NCBI GenBank assembly: GCA_963797095.1
Contig: CAWCNY010000002.1
Coordinates: 800,001-864,000, forward strand
Source of the DNA: an uncultured Chloroflexia bacterium
Lineage (GTDB): Bacteria; Chloroflexota; Chloroflexia; QHBQ01; JADMIH01
Length of the DNA: 64,000 nt
Direction: 5' to 3'
The notes below the pieces were generated by a model. The model searched no databases. It was not told the DNA's origin and worked only from the letters and a program-made list of their open reading frames with translations. Both the position numbers and the translations under genes were made by a program. Below are positions 50,338 to 61,008 of this stretch, one piece after another (positions within the stretch are counted from its first letter, which is position 1; each line of letters begins with the position of its first letter).

Positions 50338-53300
50338 CTAGATGGCGGTACGGGTAGCGTTCAACAAAGGCAGAGTCTGGACGGACGGATCGTGCGACTT
50401 GAGGTACTGAGCCATCTCCGTCGGCGGTAGCGGCGTAGCGAAGAAATACCCCTGACCCTGCTCGCAGCCCAGGGCGCGCAACTGCTCCACCTGCGCCTTC
50501 GTCTCGATCCCTTCGGCGGTGATACTCAATCTCAGCGCCTTGGCAAAACTGATCGCGGCATACACAACCGCCGTATCCTGGCGGTTCTTGCCCAGCCCCG
50601 ACACAAAGCTCCTGTCGAGCTTGATCGTATCCACCGGGAATCGCTTCAGATAGCTGAGCGAGGAGTAGCCTACGCCAAAGTCATCTAGGGCAAGCTTCAC
50701 GCCCAGCGCCTTCAGCTCCCGCAGCGTCTCCAACGTCTGGTCGGGGTCCTCGATGCCCACCGTCTCGGTGATCTCAAGCTTCAGGTTGTGCGGCGGCAAT
50801 CCGCTGATATCCAGCGCTCGCGCCACGTCCGCCACCAGGCCCGTGTGCCTGAACTGCCGTGCCGACACGTTCACGCACACAGTCAACTCCGTAGCGCTGT
50901 GGTACATCTGCTTCCATATCTGCGTCTGCGTGCAAGCCTCGCTGAGCACCCACCTGCCCAAAGGCATGATCAATGCGGTCTCTTCAGCCAGCGAAATGAA
51001 CTCAAGCGGCGATACTAGCCCGCGCTGCGGGTCTTGCCACCGGACAAGTGCTTCGATAGCTGCCACGTCGCCAGTCAACAGGTCAACCACAGGCTGGTAA
51101 TAGACGATCAACTCGTTGCGGTCAATAGCGCGTCGTAGCGCTATTTCAAGCTCAAGTCGTTTGAGCGCATACTGGTTCATGTCCTTGTCGAACACGGTGA
51201 CACGCGCCTTGCCGTTGGCTTTCGCCCTGTACACCGCTATGTCTGCGTTCCTGATCAACTCATCGGGTTGGAGGTCTTCGCCCTCGTTGAAGGCTATACC
51301 CACGCAACAGGCTATGCTGATCTCGTGCTGCTCAACAATGAAGGGTTCCTGGAGGTTCTTCTGAATTCGCTCGGCCACGGCCATAGCTACATCCGGGTCT
51401 TGCAGGTCTTCCAGGAGCAGCGTGAACTCGTCGCCACCGAACCTCGATACTATATCGAAAGGTCGGACCGACTCGCGCAGCCTTCCCGCTATCTCTATCA
51501 GCAACACATCGCCTGCCTGGTGGCCGAGGCTGTCATTGATCAGTTTGAAGTTGTCCAGGTCAACGAACATCACCGCCAGCATCGAGTTAGTTATCCTGGC
51601 TTCGTCCAGCGCATGCCCCAGGCGCTCGGAGAACAAGGCGCGATTGGGCAGGCTTGTGAGAGGGTCGTGTGATGCCTGGTGGATCAGCCGCTCTTCCAGG
51701 GCTTTGCGCTCGGTAATGTCGCGCATGTTCAAGATGATACCACCGACATTCGAGTCGCGCAGGTGATTGGTGGCTACGATCTCCACAAAGCGCCACGACT
51801 GGTCCATATGTCGCGTGCGCAGGATAGCCCGTCGCGCGTGGCCTGGGTTCTCCACAAGCTCGGCCAGCATCTGCCTGACCATGTCGGCATCCGCAGGGTG
51901 GAGGTTGTCGAATATGCTCAATCCCACCAGATTGCCTGTCTTGAAACCGAGCATAGGCTCTATAGAAGGACTTTGATAGCGTATCGAGCCATCCGAGTTG
52001 ATGATAGTGATAACATCCGCGGCGTTCTGTACCATAGCGCGGAATCGCTCCTCGCTCTTGCGGCGTGCTCGTTCCTCCTCGGCTTGCCTGCGCTCGGTGA
52101 GGTCGTGGGCGAGGAAACAGAGTACGTGGCTGCCGTTCCTGCGAATGGTAGCCGAGCTTTCCTCGACATCTACAGGCGTGCCGTTCTTGCGCAGGTACTT
52201 GCGCTCGACCTGCCGCGAGCGCCCTTCGTTCAGCACTTCGCGGATGTATTCGTCAATTTGAAGACCATCCTCCGCCAGCACGTCATAAATCGTGAGGTGC
52301 GCAATCTCGGCATCGGTGTAGCCGAGCAACTCGCGGAATGCGACGTTCGTTTCGATGAAATAGCCTGTAGCGGGGTCAACCAGGAACACGCTTTCTGCCG
52401 TTTGCTCTACCACCGCCCGGTAGCCCGCCTCGGTTTCCTTACGTCCCTGGCTGGCGTGCTCGAGCGCTTCCAGCATACCGTTGATCGCTCGTCCCATCCG
52501 GGCGATCTCGTCTTTACCGTCTATGGTCAGGCGGGCCAGTGGGTTGCCTCGCACTCCGATCTGCGTTACCTGCATGTTGAGCCGCGCCATGCGCGACAAT
52601 ATCACGCGCTCGATCAACAACAGAGCCAGCACCACAATCGCCACTATGATCGCTACCAGGGTGGCTATCAAATAGGAAACGGCATCGCGCCCATGCGCAT
52701 ATATGCTGCGAGGCTCCGTGACCGTCATCATAAGAGCAGGCTCACCGTAGAAGCTATTCAACATCCCTCTTGCCGTTATCGATTCTTCATCGATTGGCGT
52801 GATGATGGGCCCACCGTTGCCCACCAGCATATCTTTAAGGTTGCCATCGATTGCGGAAGCAGGGTCGAAAGTCAGCGTGAGGCGGGTGGTATCGGCCAGG
52901 CGATCTATTGTGTCGGCCCGCAAGAAGCGTCCCATGAGGAGCGTACCATGAGATGGTCCCTGCTCATCGTCGGTCAGGATAGGATATGTGACAAGCAGCA
53001 AAGGCCCATCTGGGAGCATCACGATCCCTCTGTTGGCCGTCAGCAGGTCTGAATACTTGAGGAGGGGGTCCTGGGCCATCTCAGGACGAGCGAAAGAGCC
53101 AGGTAGTGATTGCTGTGCAAAATTCGTGTAATCGTATGACTTGTCGGCTACGATAGCGCCTTGCTGGTCATAGATTATCACCACGTTCAGTCGGAAGTTC
53201 TGCATCAACTGTTCGGTGATGTTAGCATCCATGAAATCGGTATCGTGGCTGACGGCGAAGTTGTAGGTCTGGTCAGAGAAAGCATAGTCGTGCGCTACCC

Positions 53301-53649
53301 TTGCTATGGCGTCAATCTGGTTGTCGAACGCGTTCCTGGCGCGGTCGAAATCGGTGATCGCCTGCTCTGTCTCAAGACGTGCGAAGTTGTCGAGCAGGAA
53401 GGAGCGCACAGGGAGTACCAGGGTAAGCAGGAAACCGAGCAGGGCCGTGAGGATGATGAGGAAGGTTTTGGTGCGCATGGTGAGGCCGGTGCCCCACCAC
53501 CGGGCCAACCTTCCAGTCCTGGGCGAACCCTCCTGGAGATGTGAGGTGGTTAGCAGCCTCTTGGTTGTCCTGTTTTCGTCCTGAGTTTGTGTGGTGCCGG
53601 CGCTGCCCTGGTGAGTCATATTGCCAGGATGCGCTCTGTTGCCTTGCAT
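50338..53649 (-). CDS. CHASE4-HAMP-PAS-PAS-GGDEF-EAL diguanylate cyclase/phosphodiesterase
   Basis: Two TM segments around a sensor domain; HDPLTSLPNR, RFGGDEF, IEALVRW, LEITE, DDFGVGYSSL, AEGIE. Confidence 0.93.
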   Translation of the reverse strand: MQGNRAHPGNMTHQGSAGTTQTQDENRTTKRLLTTSHLQEGSPRTGRLARWWGTGLTMRTKTFLIILTALLGFLLTLVLPVRSFLLDNFARLETEQAITDFDRARNAFDNQIDAIARVAHDYAFSDQTYNFAVSHDTDFMDANITEQLMQNFRLNVVIIYDQQGAIVADKSYDYTNFAQQSLPGSFARPEMAQDPLLKYSDLLTANRGIVMLPDGPLLLVTYPILTDDEQGPSHGTLLMGRFLRADTIDRLADTTRLTLTFDPASAIDGNLKDMLVGNGGPIITPIDEESITARGMLNSFYGEPALMMTVTEPRSIYAHGRDAVSYLIATLVAIIVAIVVLALLLIERVILSRMARLNMQVTQIGVRGNPLARLTIDGKDEIARMGRAINGMLEALEHASQGRKETEAGYRAVVEQTAESVFLVDPATGYFIETNVAFRELLGYTDAEIAHLTIYDVLAEDGLQIDEYIREVLNEGRSRQVERKYLRKNGTPVDVEESSATIRRNGSHVLCFLAHDLTERRQAEEERARRKSEERFRAMVQNAADVITIINSDGSIRYQSPSIEPMLGFKTGNLVGLSIFDNLHPADADMVRQMLAELVENPGHARRAILRTRHMDQSWRFVEIVATNHLRDSNVGGIILNMRDITERKALEERLIHQASHDPLTSLPNRALFSERLGHALDEARITNSMLAVMFVDLDNFKLINDSLGHQAGDVLLIEIAGRLRESVRPFDIVSRFGGDEFTLLLEDLQDPDVAMAVAERIQKNLQEPFIVEQHEISIACCVGIAFNEGEDLQPDELIRNADIAVYRAKANGKARVTVFDKDMNQYALKRLELEIALRRAIDRNELIVYYQPVVDLLTGDVAAIEALVRWQDPQRGLVSPLEFISLAEETALIMPLGRWVLSEACTQTQIWKQMYHSATELTVCVNVSARQFRHTGLVADVARALDISGLPPHNLKLEITETVGIEDPDQTLETLRELKALGVKLALDDFGVGYSSLSYLKRFPVDTIKLDRSFVSGLGKNRQDTAVVYAAISFAKALRLSITAEGIETKAQVEQLRALGCEQGQGYFFATPLPPTEMAQYLKSHDPSVQTLPLLNATRTAI

Positions 53650-54030
53650 CGGTAGCTGACCTTACTCCTCGTTGAAGATTTGTCGGCATGTTGCCATTGC
53701 ACCGGCGCTACTGCGGGTTCATGCGCGTGAGGCCCCGGTAAGAGCAACAACCAAACGACAGGATGATGCCCGCTCCTACACCATAGCTAGAGTATTCGGA
53801 GCGGCAAGTATAGTCCGGCCATACGTAACAATGCTATCGCAATATAAGGCCGAGGGGAATAGGCAGGGGATACCAATTCGTAATGCCCACGGATGGACTT
53901 TGGTACTAACACCGCCTGCGTGTATAATCTCGAAGTCGGCAGTTGGTTGCCAGAACCAGGGACCAGGAACTAAAATCGTCCCCTGACTACCGGCTACCGG
54001 CCACTACCACCGACTACCAGGGACAATCAC

Positions 54031-55425
54031 TTGAGCAAGCAGTACGCAGTAAGCAGCACAGAATCGGCGCTCGCCACTCGTCACGTATCCTACCTTTCGT
54101 TACTGCTCTTCTATCTGCCGCTTGGCTTCAGCGGCCTCATGATGACGCTCGACCTGCCGGTGGTAAACGCCGTTCTCAACCGGATGCCCGACCCCGACAC
54201 GTCGGTGGCGGCCTTGCGGGTCGCCTTCTCTATAGCCCTTGTCTATGAGGCGTCGCATATTTCTATGATTGACATCTCAACGGCGCTGTCGGCTGATCGG
54301 CGTATGTTCGATATGCTGCGTCGCTTCTATGGGCTGGTCGCTCTTGTATTGCTGGTGGTGGTCTCAATCATCGCTTTCTCGCCCCTGTATGACCTGGTCG
54401 TGCGCGGCCTGATGAACATAGACGCTGGCGTTGCCGAGGCGGCGCGGCCCGCTTTCTGGGTCTTTCTGCTGTGGCCCATACCTATCGGCTGGCGGCGATT
54501 GTGCCAGGGGGCGCTGATCCGCCACGGCCACCCCAAGCCGGTGGGGGCTGGTGGTCTGGTGCGTCTTGGCTCGCTCGCCATTGGGCTGACGCTTTTCGGG
54601 TGGCTCGGCACGCAGGTGTGGCAGCTTGAGCCTGCGGCTATCGCGGTGCTCGCCATGCTGGTGAGCGTGACGGCGGAAGCGGTGGCGGTGCAAGGTTGGA
54701 CCAACAGGATCATAAACACCATGCCCGCCGAAACCCCTGGCACGGAAGCGCCTACCTTCGCCGAGATATGGCGCTTCTTCTTCCCTCTCGCGGGTACAGC
54801 CATCATGAACACCCTATCGAACCCCATCCTGACCTCCGGGATCGCCACCGCGGCCCTGGTGTGGGCCTCGCCCGATGGGCAGGTAGTTGACGTGGCGGCC
54901 TATTCTATCGCCTGGAGCATGGCTTTCCTGGTATTCGGCCCCACCCTCAGCATGACCCAGGCTTCCATAGCGTGGAGCAAGAGCAACGACCGGAGCGTAA
55001 GAGAGCGCGGGCCTCGCGTGGTGGTGAGTGTGGGGTTCGGCCTGGCCCTGTTGATCGCCGTCGCCTCCTTTACGCCCGTGACCCACTGGATATTTACCAG
55101 CCTCCTGATGGCCCCCGAACGGACGGCCCAGGTGGCCGAGGTGGTGGCCCGTCTCTTCGTACCGATGCCGATCCTCCATTCGATATCGTTCATGCTCAGG
55201 GGAAAGCTGATTGCGGCGGGCAAGCCAACCATAGTGCGCCGCGCGCAGGTCGTGGACCTGCTTGCGCTGCTGACCATGATCGTGATCGCCACCAACGGTC
55301 CTCTACCTTCGTGGCTGCACAGCCTGGCGGCTGCTCCTTTCGCGGCTGTCGCTTACGACCTGGTGTTGTGCGTTGATATCGGCATGCTTCTGTGGGCGCG
55401 GCGATCCGCAAACGCCCGATCCTGA
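54031..55425 (+). CDS. MATE/MOP-like multi-pass transporter or flippase
   Basis: About 12 TM segments in two similar halves (FYLPL / FFFPL). Confidence 0.6.
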   Translation: MSKQYAVSSTESALATRHVSYLSLLLFYLPLGFSGLMMTLDLPVVNAVLNRMPDPDTSVAALRVAFSIALVYEASHISMIDISTALSADRRMFDMLRRFYGLVALVLLVVVSIIAFSPLYDLVVRGLMNIDAGVAEAARPAFWVFLLWPIPIGWRRLCQGALIRHGHPKPVGAGGLVRLGSLAIGLTLFGWLGTQVWQLEPAAIAVLAMLVSVTAEAVAVQGWTNRIINTMPAETPGTEAPTFAEIWRFFFPLAGTAIMNTLSNPILTSGIATAALVWASPDGQVVDVAAYSIAWSMAFLVFGPTLSMTQASIAWSKSNDRSVRERGPRVVVSVGFGLALLIAVASFTPVTHWIFTSLLMAPERTAQVAEVVARLFVPMPILHSISFMLRGKLIAAGKPTIVRRAQVVDLLALLTMIVIATNGPLPSWLHSLAAAPFAAVAYDLVLCVDIGMLLWARRSANARS

Positions 55426-55467
55426 GATTGCGGCCTGAAGAATACTCGTCCGGAGGGCTAGCTGCTT

Positions 55468-56440
55468 ATGACATTCGACGAGATCATGGCTGAATTACAC
55501 AGCCTGGAGAGCAAGCACAACCGCCAGGGGATGGCCCGCTTCGGGATCAACCCTGCCCATGCCCTCGGTATTGCGGTGAGCGACCTGCGGCAGATAGGAC
55601 GCAATGTGCGGGGGAAGGACCACGCCCTTGCCGCTCAACTGTGGGATACCGGCATACACGAGGCGCGCATACTTGCCTCTATTGTCGAGGACCCAAACGC
55701 GGTCACATCTGAGCAGATGGAGCGATGGGTGGTTGGCTTTGACTCTGTGGGATGTGTGCGACCAGTGCTGCGGCAACCTCTTCTGGAAGACGCCATTTGC
55801 CTGGGATAAAGCGGTTGAGTGGAGCGAGCGCGAACGTGACTTCGAAAAGCGTGCCGGGTTCTCGCTGATGGCCTACCTGGCTGTACACGCCAAACGTGTG
55901 CCTGACGAGCGCTTCCTGCAACTGCTCCCGATCATCAGGCGCGAGGCGGGAGATAATCGCAACTTTGTGAGGAAAGCTGTGAATTGGGCGTTGCGCCAGA
56001 TCGGCAAGCGCGATAGCGTGCTCAATGAGGCGGCTATCGAAACGGCCAACGACATCCTCTCAGATGCCGAGGTCCAGGGCAAGCGCGGCGGTGGCAGGTG
56101 GGTAGCCTCGGACGCCCTCCGCGAGCTAACGAGCGAGCAGCTTCAGCGCAAGCTGGCAGGCAAGAAGCACCGTGACTACTTCGCGCCAAAAGATATGTTT
56201 GCGATAAGCGACCTTGCCCCCTATTTTGCCGATTTCTGGACCCAGTTCGGGAAGCAGGTCACAGGTAAAGCAGATCAGAAGGTCGCGACTCTATTTGTGG
56301 GAGGCATCAACGCACACATCCGGTTAGTACAGGACTACGACGACAAAAGCATGAGCGTCCAGGTCGATTACGACCCCCAAAGCGAGAGCGATATAGCCAC
56401 CTTCGGAACTTTCCTGACCGATATGGGGTTTGTCCTATAG
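55468..56440 (+). pseudogene. AlkD-like DNA alkylation repair protein with a +1 frameshift near 55747 and a C-terminal extension
   Basis: GMARFGI, LWDTGIHEARILA, FDS|WDVCD, DNRNFVRKAVNWALRQIGK split across two frames. Confidence 0.8.
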
Positions 56441-56479
56441 AGGACGAAAGACGAACGACTAAGACGACGGAGAAACAAA

Positions 56480-56540
56480 GAACCAGGAACTTGGAACCAG
56501 GAACTTGGAACCAGGAACTTGGAACCAGAAACTTGGAACT
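56480..56540. repeat. 14-bp (2 x 7) tandem repeat GAACCAGGAACTTG x4
   Basis: Directly visible. Confidence 0.9.
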
Positions 56541-56635
56541 CCTGGCCCGGCGACCACACCCACTCCCAAACGTTATACTATTGAGATGCTTGTTCGCCAC
56601 AAGCCTTTATGCATGGTTTCAGGAGGAAAGGTACA

Positions 56636-58159
56636 TTGGTCTTAAGTCAGAATAGGACGCGGAACAAAGCAGCCCAACCGGGCCGTTTACACATATCACG
56701 TATCACGTATCACATATCAATAATTGCAGTGTTGATCTCTCTCTTTGCGGCATCCTCGTCCGCAATAGCACGCTCGCAAGCGGCCCCAATCGTGCCCGAT
56801 AACCCTTACGGGGTGAACGTGTTCCTGGACAAAGAAGTTGAGGAATGGAAGATAGATGAGACCCTGCGTATGGTGCAGGAGGCCAACATCCCCTGGATCA
56901 AGCAGGAATTCCCCTGGCAGGAGATCGAGTTCCAGAAGGGTTACTTCTTCGACGACAAGTGGAACAAATCGTCCTGGGAGAAGTTCGACCGCATCGTCGA
57001 TTTAGCCGATAATTACGGCTTGAAAATAATAGCGCGCATAAGCCACCCGCCGGCATGGGCGCAGGCCACGGACGGCAGCGGACCTCTGAAGGACAACAAT
57101 GACCTGGTTGATTTCATCAACGCGCTTCTGGACCATTACCAGGGCCGTATCGAATACGTGCAGGTCTGGAACGAGCCAAATCTGTCGGCGGAGTGGGTTC
57201 CCGGCAAGGCAGTTGACCCCGCAGGCTACGCCCAGATGATGAAGAGCGTCTATCCGGCGGTGAAAGCCCAGCACCCCGATGTTACGATCCTGAGCGCGCC
57301 ACTGGCTATCACCCTGGAAGGGCCTGAGCTGCGCGGGAATATGGACGACCTGGACTACTGGAACGCCTTGTACGCTGCCGGAATCAAGGGCAACTTTGAC
57401 GTAGCTTCGGCGAACGCTTACGGTCTCGACCAACCACCTGAGGCCGAGCCTGCCCCCAAAGTGCTCAACTTCCGGCGCGTGGAATTGCTGCGCGATATCA
57501 TGGTCAACAACGGCGATGGCGACAGGGGCATATGGTTGAACGAATACGCCTGGAATGCCTCGCCTGAGTCGCTCTCCGAGGAAGAGAAGAACTACTGGCG
57601 GCATGTCAGCGAGGACACGCAGGCCCAATGGACCATACAGGGCGTGAACTACGCGCGCGAGTATTGGCCCTGGGTTGGGGTGATTTCGATATGGTATTTC
57701 CGGCAAGTGGGCGATGTGTCGCCCGACAAGGCCGAATACTACTTCCGAATGGTGAACCCAGATTTCACGACCGTGCCTGTCTACGACGCGGTCAAGGCCG
57801 ACGCCATGAAATACCCCGGCCCCGTATCTCCGGGTGTTACACCTACACCCACCCTTGTGCCATTAGAAACCCCAGCGCCTCCGACCTCCACCCCTGCACC
57901 CGTGCCCCCTACCTCTACCACCGCTCCCCTACAGCCGACGGCAACCCAGGTTACACCTACCATCACAAGCACCGTGGTAATCTCTCCCACCGCCACGAGA
58001 GCGGCCTCTCCCACAAGCACACCTCACCCATCCCCAACAGAGGTGGCAAGCGCAACCGGCGAGGGCTCTAACATCCTACTGCTGGTAATTGGCGGCCTAC
58101 TGGTGCTGGCGGGCCTGGGCGGCCTCGGCTATTACGCTATGAGGTCGAGGCGTGGGTAA
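56636..58159 (+). CDS. Exported clan GH-A glycoside hydrolase with P/T linker and C-terminal membrane anchor
   Basis: Signal peptide; VWNEPN (acid/base) and WLNEYAW (nucleophile); P/T-rich stalk; TM segment plus RSRRG tail. AGGAGG before TTG 56636 (alternative start ATG 56609). Confidence 0.85.
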   Translation: MVLSQNRTRNKAAQPGRLHISRITYHISIIAVLISLFAASSSAIARSQAAPIVPDNPYGVNVFLDKEVEEWKIDETLRMVQEANIPWIKQEFPWQEIEFQKGYFFDDKWNKSSWEKFDRIVDLADNYGLKIIARISHPPAWAQATDGSGPLKDNNDLVDFINALLDHYQGRIEYVQVWNEPNLSAEWVPGKAVDPAGYAQMMKSVYPAVKAQHPDVTILSAPLAITLEGPELRGNMDDLDYWNALYAAGIKGNFDVASANAYGLDQPPEAEPAPKVLNFRRVELLRDIMVNNGDGDRGIWLNEYAWNASPESLSEEEKNYWRHVSEDTQAQWTIQGVNYAREYWPWVGVISIWYFRQVGDVSPDKAEYYFRMVNPDFTTVPVYDAVKADAMKYPGPVSPGVTPTPTLVPLETPAPPTSTPAPVPPTSTTAPLQPTATQVTPTITSTVVISPTATRAASPTSTPHPSPTEVASATGEGSNILLLVIGGLLVLAGLGGLGYYAMRSRRG

Positions 58160-58193
58160 ACGTGATACGTGACCAACTGCGTACTGCGTATTT

Positions 58194-58221
58194 ACTCGCC
58201 ACTCGCCACTCGCCACTCGCC
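58194..58221. repeat. Heptamer repeat (ACTCGCC)4
   Basis: Directly visible. Confidence 0.9.
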
Positions 58222-58254
58222 CCATGACTTACGTTTTTATGTTACATTTTCTCT

Positions 58255-59136
58255 ATGCTGACTGTGCGGCCACTGGGGAACGATGACCTGGAAATGCTTA
58301 GAGGCTTGCTCGTGCAAGAGCCTAAGCATAACGTATTTCATTTGAGCGCCTTGCATGAGGTCGGACTCAGCGGCGGATCGTGGGCAGTGGGCGTGTTTCG
58401 GGGGTCCGACCTGGCGGGCACGGTAATGGCCTTGCGGGGCACTGGCGGAGTCTACCACACCCCCGGTGATGAAGAGGTCTTGCAGGAACTGGCGAATATC
58501 ATCTATGACCGTGTGCTAAACGGAAAGCTCGCCCTGCTGAGCGGCCATGCTTCGCAACTTGATCCCTTATTGACATTGGTCAACCGTTCGGTGAATGGAA
58601 GGCCCGATAGGTGCTATTTCAAAACCCTGGAACCGGATGACCTGACGCTGGCAGGCCAGGAGGACGAAGGAGCCTGGTTCGTGCCTGGCTTGTTCAGACC
58701 TCCGAGGCGCGCCGGTATGGGCGATATGGAGCGGCTGATCGATTTCTATCTGCACGGGTTTTATTCCCTGGCGCGGCTCCCCTCGCGAGAAGCCTGGCGA
58801 ACCAGACTCTCCGAGCAACTGGCCCTCCGCACACTATACTTGATCGAGAACACCGAGGGCGTTGTGGCTTCGGCTGCTCTCTCCAGCGCGGAAGGTGGCG
58901 GTGCGGCTATGCTGGGCGGGGTGGCGACCCTGGATACTTACCGGGGGATGGGGTTGTCTACCTGGTGCGTGGGAGCATTGTGCCAGGGGCTATTCGACGC
59001 CGGTATTGAAAAAATAGGGCTGTTCTACTTGAAGGATAATGACCCTGCCGGGCGAGTCTACGATAAATTGGGTTTTCACCCGGCTGGGGAGTGGCTGCTA
59101 GTGCCGATGGGCCTGGGTATATTGTTCGGAGGCTAA
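58255..59136 (+). CDS. GNAT acetyltransferase
   Basis: GGVATLDTYRGMGLS, NDPAGRVYDKLGF. Confidence 0.88.
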   Translation: MLTVRPLGNDDLEMLRGLLVQEPKHNVFHLSALHEVGLSGGSWAVGVFRGSDLAGTVMALRGTGGVYHTPGDEEVLQELANIIYDRVLNGKLALLSGHASQLDPLLTLVNRSVNGRPDRCYFKTLEPDDLTLAGQEDEGAWFVPGLFRPPRRAGMGDMERLIDFYLHGFYSLARLPSREAWRTRLSEQLALRTLYLIENTEGVVASAALSSAEGGGAAMLGGVATLDTYRGMGLSTWCVGALCQGLFDAGIEKIGLFYLKDNDPAGRVYDKLGFHPAGEWLLVPMGLGILFGG

Positions 59137-59141
59137 TATCC

Positions 59142-60803
59142 CTAGCTTCCGCCTCCGGTCACCACGAACGAATGGATCGTGCCCTCGAACGGGTAGCGGG
59201 CCGGTTGCATCATCGTCCTCTCATTGGCTAGCGACCACTCGTACAATCCACTGAGCACCGACCCCTGGTCGGCTTTCGCCTTAGTTGCTCCATTCACCAT
59301 CAATGTAACCGTAGAACCCACTCGCTGCAGAACCACCGAATAGCGAGTACCCGGTTTCGCGATCACTCCACTGTTTAGCGTAGCGGTTGCACCATCGCTT
59401 CCCATAATCCTGGCCTTTATGGATGGATTATCGCCGGTTGCATCTATCTGAACAGTGATACCAGGCCCCATATTGTAGTTCGGACCGCCGATGTGCGCTA
59501 CCGCATTGATAGCTCCCTGGTTGATCTCTGCCGGTGTGAAGTCCACCTTGAAGGTCAGGTCGGTGAGGTAAGCACCTGCCAGATAGCTCGCTACCCCGCC
59601 ATCATTGGCACCCACCACCAATCCCCCTGACTCCCATTCATAAGGCGTTTGCAGGATAACAGGCGTTATGCCAAGCGCCACCCCGAATCCCCGCGTCATG
59701 TCGAGACGCACAAGGTCTGTGGAAGTCCTCCCGTCCGTTGGCGTGACGCGGTCCGGCAGGTCAAGGATGGCTAAGGGGTAAACGGCGCTATCTGTCTGTG
59801 CGAAAATGCGGTCATGCTGCCCCGGAACAGATACAAGATTCAGGTCGGATGCGCCCGTAATTGCCAGGTCACGATGGGCCTCAGGGTCAAAGAGCACAAC
59901 AGGATTCCCTATAGCTTTGCCCGTGTTAATATCCACCTCCACTATGCCACCTCTCCAGGTAACCTCAGGAGGCTCAAGCGTAGTAGATTTCCCGGTAAAG
60001 AATATCCATGACCTCCCGTCCGGGGTGAACGCAAGGTTGGGGTCGGGTCGCGACGCATTGGCCCAGGGGGGCGCGCCCGTATCGCCGAACACCCCACATC
60101 CGCAATCATGATAGCTGCCCGGCTTGTAATTGAGCTTCTCCCACGGCCCGGAGGGGCTGGATGCCCGTGCCAGCAGCAGCGGCGAGTTGTTCCACGTCTC
60201 AAAGCCCACTGCGTACCAGTAACCATTGGTGGGGTGTTTGCGAACCGCGAAGTCTACCATCGGAGCGTCAGAAGAACCAGGGAAAGCCGCATCCGCGAAG
60301 ACGAAGCCTGTTGGATCTGCATTGGTGCTCACCCAGTGCTCGGTCCATTTCTTAGTTGGGTTCACCCCCCACATATGCCAGGTGTCTCCATCTTTCACGA
60401 CAGTGGGGTAGCGTATCGGCGCTACCTGGCTGAACGCCGGTGGCCCCTTCACCAGGTCTTCAGGCGTGTCGCCAACATACACATCTATCCGTGCGGGTTC
60501 TTCGCTACCCGTTGCGAATAGATAATACTTGCCGTTGGAATAGATAAAGTCGCTTTCCTGGTAGCCGTTTGCGTTATTAGGCCCGCTTGGGTCGTATCCA
60601 TGCCCAATGATGGGTGGAATGGCGCGCGCCGGCAAATACCAGGTTCCCAATCGCGCCCGGTCCAGCAAGCTGTTGCCTGTCGATACCACACGCGCAGTGC
60701 TTGTGCCGAATCGCAACGGGATGATCCATACCATCAAGATGATCGCTCCCAGAATGAGGGTGATGGTTAATGCGGTGATCGGTATGCGTGCTTTAGTAAA
60801 CAT
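59142..60803 (-). CDS. Membrane-anchored beta-propeller (GH43-like) protein with LamG/ConA-like C-terminal domain
   Basis: N-terminal TM; repeated blades (NGKYYLF, DGDTWHMW, NGYWYAV, SPSGPW, DGRSWIFF); C-terminal VTLMVNG...FEGTI. Confidence 0.6.
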   Translation of the reverse strand: MFTKARIPITALTITLILGAIILMVWIIPLRFGTSTARVVSTGNSLLDRARLGTWYLPARAIPPIIGHGYDPSGPNNANGYQESDFIYSNGKYYLFATGSEEPARIDVYVGDTPEDLVKGPPAFSQVAPIRYPTVVKDGDTWHMWGVNPTKKWTEHWVSTNADPTGFVFADAAFPGSSDAPMVDFAVRKHPTNGYWYAVGFETWNNSPLLLARASSPSGPWEKLNYKPGSYHDCGCGVFGDTGAPPWANASRPDPNLAFTPDGRSWIFFTGKSTTLEPPEVTWRGGIVEVDINTGKAIGNPVVLFDPEAHRDLAITGASDLNLVSVPGQHDRIFAQTDSAVYPLAILDLPDRVTPTDGRTSTDLVRLDMTRGFGVALGITPVILQTPYEWESGGLVVGANDGGVASYLAGAYLTDLTFKVDFTPAEINQGAINAVAHIGGPNYNMGPGITVQIDATGDNPSIKARIMGSDGATATLNSGVIAKPGTRYSVVLQRVGSTVTLMVNGATKAKADQGSVLSGLYEWSLANERTMMQPARYPFEGTIHSFVVTGGGS

Positions 60804-60957
60804 CGTTGTTGGCACTTCCCTCCGATGGTAAATGTGCAATATGCAACAGTCACGCCTCACGTATCACGTTCTGTGCCATGCTCTGTTTAGCTTAGCTTCA
60901 TTAGATTAAAGGAGGGTGTGAGAAGAATTAAGATATGCTTAATCCTGCGCAAGGAAT

Positions 60958-60986
60958 GAGCCATATCGAATTTGCCGATATGGCTC
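60958..60986 (-). terminator. Hairpin downstream of lepB
   Basis: Stem GAGCCATATCG / CGATATGGCTC. Confidence 0.6.
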
Positions 60987-61008
60987 TTGATGCTTCTTTA
61001 GCTTGTAG

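Noticed and set aside
51679-53052. 457-aa plus-strand ORF (similarly 7953-8828, 19195-20013, 9740-10450)
   Set aside because: Antisense shadows of well-supported genes, expected in GC-rich DNA.
53650-53950. c-di-GMP riboswitch upstream of the GGDEF-EAL gene
   Set aside because: No recognisable class I or II consensus by eye. A covariance-model search would be needed to exclude it fully.
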